A DNA stretch of 64,000 bases from an uncultured bacterium (GCA_903829325.1 CAIKPM010000015.1:33597-97596); one strand, 5' to 3'. Counted from the first letter of the stretch, positions 20,050 through 28,515 are shown. The notes: a model not told the origin generated them from the sequence alone. Made by a program: numbers and translations.

Positions 20050-23000
20050 GTGGAAACAACGGTAAAGGTGACGCTCCCGGAGATGGGAGAGTCGGTTACC
20101 GAGGGCTCGATTATCGAGTGGCGCAAAAAAGTCGGTGAGTGGATTGACGAAGGCGCTACTCTGGTCGAGGTGACGACCGATAAGGTTGACGTTGAAGTCC
20201 CAGCGACGGTTTCGGGGGTTATAACTGCCTTGCTCGCGCAAGAAGGTGACACCGTTGCAGTCGGGGCTGGCCTGGCCGAGATTGATCCGAACGCTGCGAA
20301 ACCTGCTGCTGGAACCGCGCCCGTTGCGTCTGCTCCTGCGGTTAGCGTACCAGCCTCGGCGCCGAGTGTGCCAAGCGCGACTGCCGCACCGTCCGCCGGA
20401 CGCCCCGAACTGCGCTCGGCGACCGCCCACGCGCTGCGTTTCGCCAAAGAGCGCCACATTGATATCGCGTCGGTCAAGCCGAGCAGTCCCGATGGCGTTG
20501 TCAGCCGTCTCGATGTCATTCGTGCTGCAGCGAGCGGTCAGGCGAAGCCTTTGGGCGGCGCCGCGCCAGGTGCCATTGCGCTTGCGCCCGTGCCAGCGAG
20601 TGCTCGGGTTACCACGATTAAAGGCCCGAATGCCGCGTTAGTCGCGTACATGGAGCAGAGTCTCACGATTCCTACCGCGACGAGTTTCCGCACGCTCGGT
20701 GTCGCTGTGCTCGAAAAACAGCGGGCCGCTTTGAATGCGGCTCTGAAGTCGGCCGGGCGTCGCGAAAAAATTTCGTTTACCCACCTGATTGCCTATGCCA
20801 TCGCGCAGACGGTTCGTGAGCTCCCCGATCTTGGAGCGACATTCCGTCGTGAAGGCGCGACCTTACAACGGGTTGAGTCCGGCGTGCACTTGGGCTTAGC
20901 GGTTGACGCTCAGCGTAAAGATGGTTCACGTTTCTTAGTTGTGCCGGTGATCAAATCAGCGGAGCAACTCAATTTCCCCGCATTTTTGGCCGCGTATGAT
21001 GAGTTGGTCGCCAAGGCTCGCGAGAACAAATTGACCGCTGATGAGCTCAGTGGTGCCAATGTTACCCTGACCAATCCCGGTGGCATCGGCACGATCGCTT
21101 CTGTCCCCCGCCTTTTGGCGGGTCAGGGTGTCATCGTGGCCGCGGGCGCGATTGCCTATCCACCTGGTTTCGCCAACGCGTCGAAGGCGACGCTCGAACA
21201 GCTGGGCATTGAAAAAGTCATGACTTTGACCAGCACGTATGATCATCGGGTCATTCAGGGTGCGCAGTCTGGCGAATTTTTACGCCGGATCGAGCAATTG
21301 CTGGCTGGCAACGATGGATTCTATGAAGCGATTTTTGCCGCGTTAGAGGTGACTCCAGGTCAGGCCCAAGCTGGCTTGACCTCGCAACCGGCTGCGCCCG
21401 TGAATGGTAGCGGAGTGGTCGCGCCGCCGTCGGTGGAATTGTTGCGTTCGGTTGCCGCTGGGATGGAGATCGTCTCAGCCTATCGTGATCATGGCCATCT
21501 TGGGGCAAATCTTGATCCACTGGGCACCGCGCCGGTTGGTGACGCGTCCTTAGATCCACGCAGTTATGGATTGACGCCTGCACTCATGGCAGCGATCCCC
21601 GCGGGTGTGCTCGGCGTGAAGGTGCCGGGTGACACCTTGGCAGATGTTTTGCCGCGCCTCCAAGCGACGTATAGCTCGACTATTGCGTATGAAATCGAAC
21701 ACATTTCGAGCAACGAACAGCGTGCGTGGTTGCGGAATTACATCGAATCGGGGACCCACCGTCAGGGACTCGCGAAAGAACGCGCTGTCCAGTTATTGGG
21801 GCGTTTAACCAAGGCTGAGACGATGGAACGCTACCTGCGGAAGACGTTCATCGGTTTCAAAACATTTTCGATCGAGGGCCTCGATGTCGTTATTCCGATG
21901 CTCGAGGAAATTATTTCTTGCTTTGCTGACGACGCGATTGAAACTGCGGTTATCGGCATGGCGCACCGCGGGCGTTTGAGCACGATCGCTCATGTTGTGA
22001 ATCGCCCGTACGAAGAGATTCTGGCCGAATTCGAGGCGGCGGAGATTCGGGGCGAAGGCTACGATGACGATGTAACCGGTGACGTGAAATATCATCACGG
22101 TGCGAAGGGGCAATTCACCACATTTGACGGCAAGACGATTGCAGTTGTGCTGGCGAGTAACCCTAGCCATCTTGAAGCGGTGAATGGTGTTGTCGAAGGT
22201 CGCACCCGTGCTCTTCAGACTAGCCATACACCCCATCTGCCGAAGATTGATCGTAAAAAAGCGGCGCCGATTCTCATTCACGGCGACGCGGCGTTTTCAG
22301 GTCAGGGCGTTGTCGCAGAAGTCTTGAATTTGCAGGCACTCGCTGGCTATGCGGTCGGCGGTACAGTGCATATTATTGCCAATAATCAAATCGGCTTTAC
22401 CACCGATCCAATCGATGATCGCTCAACGCGCTACGCGAGCGATTTGGCGAAAGGCTTTGATGTGCCGATTATTCACGTCAATGCTGATGATGTCGAGGCC
22501 TGTATTGCCGCAGTGCATTTAGCGCTCGATTTTCGCCGTCAATTCGGTCACGATGTCCTGATTGATATTATCGGTTACCGTCGCTTAGGGCATAATGAAA
22601 CCGATGAGCCGGCGTACACCCAGCCAACCATGTACGAAAAGATTAAATCGCATCCGACCGTGCGAGAAATTTTTTCTCAGCAATTAATTGCGCAAGGTGT
22701 CCTGACGGCGGAGCAGAGCAACGCCTTGCAGGCGAGTGCGACGCAGCGCATTACCGACGCCCATGCAGCGGTGAAAAACAATGCAACGACTCCGAAGCTC
22801 ATCACGGTGAAGCGTCCTGGTGTCGGTGAATTGGATCAGCCGATTGACACGCGCGTACCTAAGCCCATCCTTGATAATCTCAGTGACGAATTGTTGGTGG
22901 TGGAGACTGGCTTTACGGTTCATCCGAAATTGGCGCGCCAATTTGAGCGACGTAAAGCGGCGTATACTGCTGAAGGTGAAGTCGATTGGGGCTTGGCCGA

Positions 23001-24012
23001 GGCGTTCGCGTTCGGCACCTTGCTTATCGATGGCACGCCGATTCGTTTAACCGGCCAAGATTCCGAGCGCGGCACATTTAGCCATCGTCATTTAGTTCTC
23101 CACGATCCTAAAACCGAACGTAAATATGCGCCGATCCAACATCTGCGCAACGCGAAGGCCTCTTTTGAGATCTTCAATAGCCCCTTGTCGGAATATGCTT
23201 GCCTTGGTTTTGAGTATGGCTATGCCGGCGCAGTTGCTGATGCGTTAGTGATCTGGGAAGCACAATTTGGGGATTTCAACAATGGCGCCCAGATTATTAT
23301 TGACCAGTTCATTGCTGCAGGCCAAGCGAAGTGGGGCGACACGTCTCGTTTAACCTTGCTGTTACCGCATGGATACGAAGGTCAAGGCCCCGAGCATTCG
23401 AGTGCGCGACTCGAGCGCTTCTTGCAGTTGTCTGCTGAGGGTAATCTGCGGATTGCCAATTGCTCGACTGCTGCGCAATACTTCCATCTGCTCCGTGCTC
23501 AGTCGAAAGATCCATACGCGCTGCCCTTGATCATGATGTCGCCGAAGAGTCTGCTGCGTTCGCGTCCGTCGTACGCGCACGTCAACGAATTGGTCGATGG
23601 CCACTTCCAGCATGTCATCGATGATGCGGCGGTTGCCGAGCGTCGCGCCGATATTGAGCGGGTCGTACTTTGCTCTGGCAAGATCTATTACGATCTGCTG
23701 GCTCACGAAGCGTATCAACAGGTGAAGAAGACCGCGGTTGTTCGGGTCGAGCTCTTGGCGCCTTTCCCGGTAGCCAAAATCTTGGCACTGCTTGCCCAGT
23801 ATCCCAATCTCAAGCGCGTGCTGTGGGTCCAAGAAGAGCCGAGCAATATGGGCGCACATGCGCATGTTGTGCGTCGTCTGTGCAGTCAGCTTCCGGCGAA
23901 TCTTGCGTTTGAGTATGTCGGCCGTCCGCATCGTGCCAGCCCCAGCGAGGGTTACCCTGGTGCTCATGCCGGTGAACAGAACCGCATCATTACGACAGCT
24001 TTGACCGAGTAA
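20050..24012 (+). CDS. kgd: multifunctional 2-oxoglutarate dehydrogenase: lipoyl domain + E3-binding domain + E2o-like acyltransferase domain + E1o (Kgd/OdhA family)
   Basis: Lipoyl domain VKVTLPEMGESVTEGSIIEWRKKVGEWIDEGATLVEVTTDKVDVEVPA. An Ala/Pro linker follows, then a PSBD-like segment ALRFAKERHIDIASVKPSSPDGVVSRLDV. The acyltransferase domain has TLTNPGGIGT and TSTYDHRVIQGA. The E1o TPP region includes HRGRLS, IHGDAAFSGQGVV and GHNETDEP. The start is either TTG 20047 or GTG 20050, after GGAGA; TTG 20011 in the ORF track lies inside the hairpin. Confidence 0.9.
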   Translation: METTVKVTLPEMGESVTEGSIIEWRKKVGEWIDEGATLVEVTTDKVDVEVPATVSGVITALLAQEGDTVAVGAGLAEIDPNAAKPAAGTAPVASAPAVSVPASAPSVPSATAAPSAGRPELRSATAHALRFAKERHIDIASVKPSSPDGVVSRLDVIRAAASGQAKPLGGAAPGAIALAPVPASARVTTIKGPNAALVAYMEQSLTIPTATSFRTLGVAVLEKQRAALNAALKSAGRREKISFTHLIAYAIAQTVRELPDLGATFRREGATLQRVESGVHLGLAVDAQRKDGSRFLVVPVIKSAEQLNFPAFLAAYDELVAKARENKLTADELSGANVTLTNPGGIGTIASVPRLLAGQGVIVAAGAIAYPPGFANASKATLEQLGIEKVMTLTSTYDHRVIQGAQSGEFLRRIEQLLAGNDGFYEAIFAALEVTPGQAQAGLTSQPAAPVNGSGVVAPPSVELLRSVAAGMEIVSAYRDHGHLGANLDPLGTAPVGDASLDPRSYGLTPALMAAIPAGVLGVKVPGDTLADVLPRLQATYSSTIAYEIEHISSNEQRAWLRNYIESGTHRQGLAKERAVQLLGRLTKAETMERYLRKTFIGFKTFSIEGLDVVIPMLEEIISCFADDAIETAVIGMAHRGRLSTIAHVVNRPYEEILAEFEAAEIRGEGYDDDVTGDVKYHHGAKGQFTTFDGKTIAVVLASNPSHLEAVNGVVEGRTRALQTSHTPHLPKIDRKKAAPILIHGDAAFSGQGVVAEVLNLQALAGYAVGGTVHIIANNQIGFTTDPIDDRSTRYASDLAKGFDVPIIHVNADDVEACIAAVHLALDFRRQFGHDVLIDIIGYRRLGHNETDEPAYTQPTMYEKIKSHPTVREIFSQQLIAQGVLTAEQSNALQASATQRITDAHAAVKNNATTPKLITVKRPGVGELDQPIDTRVPKPILDNLSDELLVVETGFTVHPKLARQFERRKAAYTAEGEVDWGLAEAFAFGTLLIDGTPIRLTGQDSERGTFSHRHLVLHDPKTERKYAPIQHLRNAKASFEIFNSPLSEYACLGFEYGYAGAVADALVIWEAQFGDFNNGAQIIIDQFIAAGQAKWGDTSRLTLLLPHGYEGQGPEHSSARLERFLQLSAEGNLRIANCSTAAQYFHLLRAQSKDPYALPLIMMSPKSLLRSRPSYAHVNELVDGHFQHVIDDAAVAERRADIERVVLCSGKIYYDLLAHEAYQQVKKTAVVRVELLAPFPVAKILALLAQYPNLKRVLWVQEEPSNMGAHAHVVRRLCSQLPANLAFEYVGRPHRASPSEGYPGAHAGEQNRIITTALTE
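20065..20290 (+). other. lipoyl-attachment domain within kgd (putative lipoyl-lysine in the TDK motif)
   Basis: Canonical E2 lipoyl-domain sequence pattern (PxxGESVTEG...EVxTDKVxxEVP...GxxVxVGxxLAxI) read from the translation. Boundaries are approximate. Confidence 0.75.
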
Positions 24013-24039
24013 GCCCGCGTCGTTTTCGTGGCCACTGCT

Positions 24040-24080
24040 CCTCAGCTCACGTACCGGTTGTGCCGATACGTGAGCTGAGG
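24040..24080 (+). promoter_or_regulatory. perfect 14-bp inverted repeat between kgd and the TPR/ATP-grasp gene
   Basis: cctcagctcacgta (24040-24053) and tacgtgagctgagg (24067-24080) with a 13-nt loop. No T-run follows. The 3' arm abuts or overlaps the GGGAGG Shine-Dalgarno of the ATG at 24091. Confidence 0.5.
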
Positions 24081-24090
24081 GAGGTGGCTG

Positions 24091-25557
24091 ATGGGTAACG
24101 CCATGACGTTAGAGCAACACGAGCGACGGCACTGGTTAGGCATGATCGAGCGTGTTCTCGAGCAGAATCCGGACGTGCTGTCGTTACTCTACGATCGCGC
24201 GGCCGTCTTGCGCTCTTTAGGAGATTTTGCTGGGGCGGAGCAAGCGTATCGTGATTTACTGGCCCAAGATCCGGGTAATTTCATGGGCTTGATTGATTTG
24301 AGTTGTATTTTTGCTCATCAAGGCCGCAATATTGAGGCATTTGCTTTACGTCGAGAATTGTTGCGTCGTTATCCGAGCGACGCGACGGCTCTCGCGTATT
24401 ATGCGAATATGCTCGTGCTGGGTGGGGATTTGACTGCCGCGGAAAGTCACTATCGCCGCGCTTTAGCGCTTGCGCCGCATCACACCCTGGTCCACCAGGG
24501 TTTGGCTGAGGTGTTGCGTCAGCGCGGTCGTCTTCCCGAATCGGCTTGGCATGCTGCCGCTGCGTCACCCGAACAGGCGATGTTCCCGCGTCAATATCGT
24601 GGTGAGGGGCCAGCGATTCCCTTGCTCTTGTTTGTCTCAGAGCGCGAGCAAGGCGAGAGCATGTACGCGGACCGCATTTTGGACGATAGCACGTTTCTTG
24701 TGACGAAATGCATTGTTGAGCGGATGCCGCTGGATCAGCCTTTGCCTGAGCATGCCATTTTATTCAATGGGATTGGCGACGCCGATCGTTCTCCACAAGC
24801 ATTGTTGCGTTTGCAGACCTTGCTGGCGCGACAGAGCGCACCGATCGTTAATCCGCCCGAATTAGTGTTGCAAACCGGTCGTGCGGCTATGGCGCAGCGT
24901 TTGGCAAATCTGCCTGGTGTGCGTGTTGCGAAAATGCTAGAACTTTCAGCAGCAGAAGCGCGTTCGGATGCGGCGTTAGCTTTGATTGCCGCGCGTGGTT
25001 TGGAATGGCCGCTTCTCGTACGGATTCCCGATTATCATGCTGGGCGATACTTTGAGAAAGCCGAAAACGCGGAACATTTTCGCCAAATTATCGCAAGTTT
25101 CCCTGAGTTAGTCGTACTCGTGATGGAATATCTTGACACGCGTGGCACTGCTTCTTCCTTTCACAAAATGCGCGTCATGGTCATCGATGGGCTGCTCTAT
25201 CCCACACATCTTGCGTACGGTTCTGGCTGGAAGCTGCATTACTTCAGTTCCGACATGATGCATGACCCGGCGTTACGAGCAAAAGAAGCGGCGTTTCTGG
25301 CCGATCCGGTGAGCATGCTTGGTCCTCAAGCATGGCAAGCTCTCCAGAACATCGCGCGCAGTATCAATCTTGACTATTTCGGCATCGATTGCGCGCTTGC
25401 ACCAAACGGTGATGTAGTGGTGTTCGAGTGCAATGTCGCGATGGTTGTGGCCAAGCCTGGTGTTCAGGCTCAATGGAGTTATCGCCAGTCGGCTTATGAT
25501 GTTTTCCAGGCTGCGGCGCGGGGGATGCTGCGGCAAAGGGCGCAGCTGATTTCATAA
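24091..25557 (+). CDS. TPR-repeat / ATP-grasp domain protein of unknown function
   Basis: The N-terminal ~150 aa contain TPR-like helical repeats (AEQAYRDLLAQDPGN..., AESHYRRALALAPHH...). The C-terminal half has ATP-grasp hallmarks, including YFGIDCALAPNGDVVVFECNVAM (a G-x-D...E-x-N Mg/ATP motif). Confidence 0.65.
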   Translation: MGNAMTLEQHERRHWLGMIERVLEQNPDVLSLLYDRAAVLRSLGDFAGAEQAYRDLLAQDPGNFMGLIDLSCIFAHQGRNIEAFALRRELLRRYPSDATALAYYANMLVLGGDLTAAESHYRRALALAPHHTLVHQGLAEVLRQRGRLPESAWHAAAASPEQAMFPRQYRGEGPAIPLLLFVSEREQGESMYADRILDDSTFLVTKCIVERMPLDQPLPEHAILFNGIGDADRSPQALLRLQTLLARQSAPIVNPPELVLQTGRAAMAQRLANLPGVRVAKMLELSAAEARSDAALALIAARGLEWPLLVRIPDYHAGRYFEKAENAEHFRQIIASFPELVVLVMEYLDTRGTASSFHKMRVMVIDGLLYPTHLAYGSGWKLHYFSSDMMHDPALRAKEAAFLADPVSMLGPQAWQALQNIARSINLDYFGIDCALAPNGDVVVFECNVAMVVAKPGVQAQWSYRQSAYDVFQAAARGMLRQRAQLIS

Positions 25558-27369
25558 GACGAATTTAGCAACTTTGCTATTATTGCATTCGGTGAACCAG
25601 ATATTCCCATCGGGTCCCAGCGTTATTCCCTGCGGCTGGCTATTAGCTGAAATCCCGTTTGTTGTCGTGAATTCAACTGGAGTTGTGCTGCTTGGAACAA
25701 TATAGCCAATCGTGTTGCTTAAGCGTTCTGTAAACCATACGTTTTTGTCTGGACCTACGATAATATCGGTTGGATATGCACCGACCTGCAGAGCAATGGT
25801 TGTTAGCCCACCTGTAGGAGTTATTTTATAAAGTTGATTGGCAGTCGCATTTGTGAACCAGATATTGCCATCAGGCCCAGCGACGACTCCACTATCATTG
25901 CTGAAAGCGGGTACGGTTACTGTGCCCAATGATGTTCCGTTTTGCGAGATATGGCCGATAGTGGTTGAGACGCTTGTGTACCAAAGCGATCCGTCTGGCG
26001 CGAAGCCAATGCCTCGTATTCCGTTTGAACTCGTATAGTATTGTAGATTTTCCCCGTTAGTGGCGACCTTTCCGAGAGCATTACCATCTCTAGAGAACCA
26101 AATATTGCCGTCTGGTCCGCTGCGTATCTGATACCCAAAGCGACCTGAAAGAGATATTACCCGCGAGGCTGTGCCAGAAGTCGTGATTTTATCGAGGTAG
26201 TTGCCGTTTTGACCTTCGGTAAACCAGAGATTCTGGTCTGGCCCAGTAGTAATAAAAACGGGATTCCAGCATGGCGCACATGAGTATGATGTGTAATTGC
26301 CAGTCGTGGTTATTTTTCCAATGACACCGGGCTTTCCATATGGGTATAGAGCGTTTGTACTTTCGGTAAACCAGAGATTTCCGTCTGGTCCTGAGGTGAT
26401 GCCGAATGGATTTACCCCTACGGCATACTCCGTAGCGTAGGGGATGGTCGTGAGGGTTGCGGTTGCTCCAGTAGTGGTGACTGCTGTACTTGTGGTGGTT
26501 GCCGAGATGGTGCTGCTCTTCAGCCAATTACCGTCATAATGCGCGTAGATTGCCGCTTGCCCTGGTGCGGTAATACGGAGCGCACCCTGCAAGGTCACCG
26601 TGCCTTTCCCGCCAGCTTGGGCATTGCTGACCGGGTTGAGCAAGATTGCTACTTGTTTGCCCGCACTATCGATATATGGTGTGCTCCCCGCAATGGTCTT
26701 ACCATTGGCATCCAGAGCATTGACGAGGAGCAGTGTATTCGAGGGTGTCCCCGCATTGACGGATGATGCCGCGAGCTGTAACGTAACGCTGTTGACGACC
26801 GGATTTGCGGTAAAGCTCATGGTGTTAGCTGATGCCGCTTTCACGATGCTGATTTGAGAGAACCTGGCAATGGTGTGAGTTGATTCGGTCAACGTTCCGG
26901 CAAAGGTAGTCGGCCCTGGGAGAGCCGTAAAGCTGACGGTACACGTGCCTGAGGTGCCAGCGGCGTTAGCCGTGCAACTTCCGGTATAATTGGAGGTTGC
27001 CCCTCCTACTGGGGTGACATTGAGGCTGATACTAATGGGGGCGGCTGTGCTGGTGTACCCCCCATACGACGCGCCTTGGAGGAAGCGACGTCTGGATAGA
27101 CTTTGGCTCGTGGTGGTGGTGGTTTGGAAGTCGTAACTAAGCGTGCCGGGCACGGGCAATGCTGTTGGCTGTGGAAGCGCTGCTTGCGTCGTGTTGGGCG
27201 TTGTGCTCGGTGCTAGAGCTGGGGTAGTGCTCCCCCCCCCTGAACATGCGTTTAAGAAGGCGACAAAGATCGTGCTCAACGTGAGCTTCAAGCACGACTG
27301 TATCGGTATGATCGTCCTTGGTCCAGGTCTGGATGTGTGCCTAGCTTCCTTCTTTGCAACAAGCTTCAT
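25552..27369 (-). CDS. surface lipoprotein with Ig-like region and 7-bladed Vgb/streptogramin-lyase-like (NHL-like) beta-propeller
   Basis: Seven repeats of the GPDGNIWFTE type: GPDGNLWFTE, GPDQNLWFTE, GPDGNIWFSR, APDGSLWYTS, GPDGNIWFTN, GPDKNVWFTE and GPDGNIWFTE. The lipobox is FLNAC followed by SGGG. The start is uncertain: ATG 27369, or TTG 27291 which gives a compact signal peptide MKLTLSTIFVAFLNAC. Confidence 0.7.
   Translation of the reverse strand: MKLVAKKEARHTSRPGPRTIIPIQSCLKLTLSTIFVAFLNACSGGGSTTPALAPSTTPNTTQAALPQPTALPVPGTLSYDFQTTTTTSQSLSRRRFLQGASYGGYTSTAAPISISLNVTPVGGATSNYTGSCTANAAGTSGTCTVSFTALPGPTTFAGTLTESTHTIARFSQISIVKAASANTMSFTANPVVNSVTLQLAASSVNAGTPSNTLLLVNALDANGKTIAGSTPYIDSAGKQVAILLNPVSNAQAGGKGTVTLQGALRITAPGQAAIYAHYDGNWLKSSTISATTTSTAVTTTGATATLTTIPYATEYAVGVNPFGITSGPDGNLWFTESTNALYPYGKPGVIGKITTTGNYTSYSCAPCWNPVFITTGPDQNLWFTEGQNGNYLDKITTSGTASRVISLSGRFGYQIRSGPDGNIWFSRDGNALGKVATNGENLQYYTSSNGIRGIGFAPDGSLWYTSVSTTIGHISQNGTSLGTVTVPAFSNDSGVVAGPDGNIWFTNATANQLYKITPTGGLTTIALQVGAYPTDIIVGPDKNVWFTERLSNTIGYIVPSSTTPVEFTTTNGISANSQPQGITLGPDGNIWFTECNNSKVAKFVL
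27232..27240 (-). repeat. homopolymeric G9 tract (C9 on the + strand) inside the lipoprotein coding sequence
   Basis: Read directly: ...gtgc tccccccccc tgaacatgc... It encodes the GGG immediately after the lipobox Cys. Confidence 0.9.
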
Positions 27370-27416
27370 AGCATGATCTTCTCTGGATGTGTGCCTAGCT
27401 TCCTTGCATGATCTTC
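27328..27416. repeat. direct repeats in the 5' region of the lipoprotein gene: a 24-nt unit x2 and an 11-nt unit x2
   Basis: tctggatgtgtgcctagcttcctt occurs at 27328-27351 and 27382-27405. gcatgatcttc occurs at 27371-27381 and 27406-27416. Confidence 0.85.
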
Positions 27417-27494
27417 GGTTGATCAAGCATGGAAATACAGTGTCGGAAAAATGACGATTTTATCTGACGAAATCCTCGACAGGTATCAGGTAAA

Positions 27495-28124
27495 ATGGTA
27501 TGTTTTCTGACAATGACTACTCCATTGTCCTCGTCTGAGGCTATCCGTAAGTCGATTCACCAGCTCAAAGTTTCTGTGTTTACAACGCGGGACATCATGC
27601 TGGCCGCACCGGACGTCTCACGGGCGCTCGTCGATCAAGTGCTTTCGCGCATGGTCCGTGGAGGAGAGTTAGAACGGGTTCGTCGTGGCATGTTTAGTCT
27701 TCCAAAGGTGCACGATGAGCTTGGCCGCTTAGCCCCACAGAGTCAAGACATTACCGCAGCGGTGGAACGGCAGATCGGTGCACCAATCATCCCAGCTGGT
27801 GCGCTCGCATTAAACGAACTGCACCTTTCCACCCAAGTGCCTGTTCGGTTGGAATTTATCACAGCGGGACCAAGCCAGGTCCTGTTTGTTGGCAAGCGCG
27901 AGATACGCCTACGGCACGCACCGGCGACCCGATTTCGGTCTCGCGAGCGAATTGTTCTTCTGGTGATTGAGGCATTGCGGGCGCTTGGTCAAAAAAATAT
28001 TACCGACTCGATTATTTCCTCTCTCCGCAAAACGTTAAGCGAGCAAGACCGGCTTGTGTTACATAAAAATATCGCCAATATCCCCGTATGGATGCAGCGA
28101 TATATTCGGGAGGTTGCACAATAA
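27495..28124 (+). CDS. AbiEi-type (DUF6088-like) type IV toxin-antitoxin antitoxin / transcriptional regulator
   Basis: The sequence pattern LSRMVRGGELERVRRGMFSLPK...IIPAGALALNELHLSTQVP...VIEALRALGQKNITDS...PVWMQRYIREV matches the AbiEi/DUF6088 family as I know it. The start could instead be ATG 27513. Confidence 0.7.
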   Translation: MVCFLTMTTPLSSSEAIRKSIHQLKVSVFTTRDIMLAAPDVSRALVDQVLSRMVRGGELERVRRGMFSLPKVHDELGRLAPQSQDITAAVERQIGAPIIPAGALALNELHLSTQVPVRLEFITAGPSQVLFVGKREIRLRHAPATRFRSRERIVLLVIEALRALGQKNITDSIISSLRKTLSEQDRLVLHKNIANIPVWMQRYIREVAQ

Positions 28125-28397
28125 ATATCCACGATTTTGCACGCCTCAGCAGTGCTGAGCGTTTACCGTATATCACGACTGCAGCAAGTCGCCTGGGGTT
28201 GAGTGAGCTAATCATCGAAAAGGATTACTGGGTTATTGGGGCACTCTGGAATCTTTTTTCGTTATCTGCAACCATGGGCCCGTTCACGTTTAAAGGTGGC
28301 ACATCGTTATCAAATGCTCTTCGGAGAGATCCCCTCATTTGAAGAAATTTGCCAACGAATTTCCGAGATCGAAATGGCTATTAATTCCATTAAATAG
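28088..28397 (+). pseudogene. AbiEii/AbiGii nucleotidyltransferase toxin remnant (internal deletion plus frameshift)
   Basis: The N-terminal ~75 aa (LSSAERLPYITTAASRLGLSELIIEKDYWV...FTFKGGTSLS) are joined near 28312, in another frame, to a typical family C-terminus (MLFGEIPSFEEICQRISEIEMAINSIK*). The ~200-aa catalytic core is missing. Confidence 0.6.
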
Positions 28398-28515
28398 AGA
28401 ATCACAACCGCAATGCCACTAATGGAAAGTGAAGCTAAGCTCACAATACGAATTTTGCATGATTGCTATTATTAGACAAGGAAGTCCAATTTCTCGTCGA
28501 CCACATAGCAATCTC

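Noticed and set aside
19867-20519. N-terminal extension of the rpiB ORF (to 20457) and a 205-aa minus-strand ORF at 19902-20519
   Set aside because: The RpiB homology starts at MKIALAADHAG (19866). The extensions are Arg/Gly/Ser-rich, run through the intergenic hairpin, and lie antisense to the kgd lipoyl domain.
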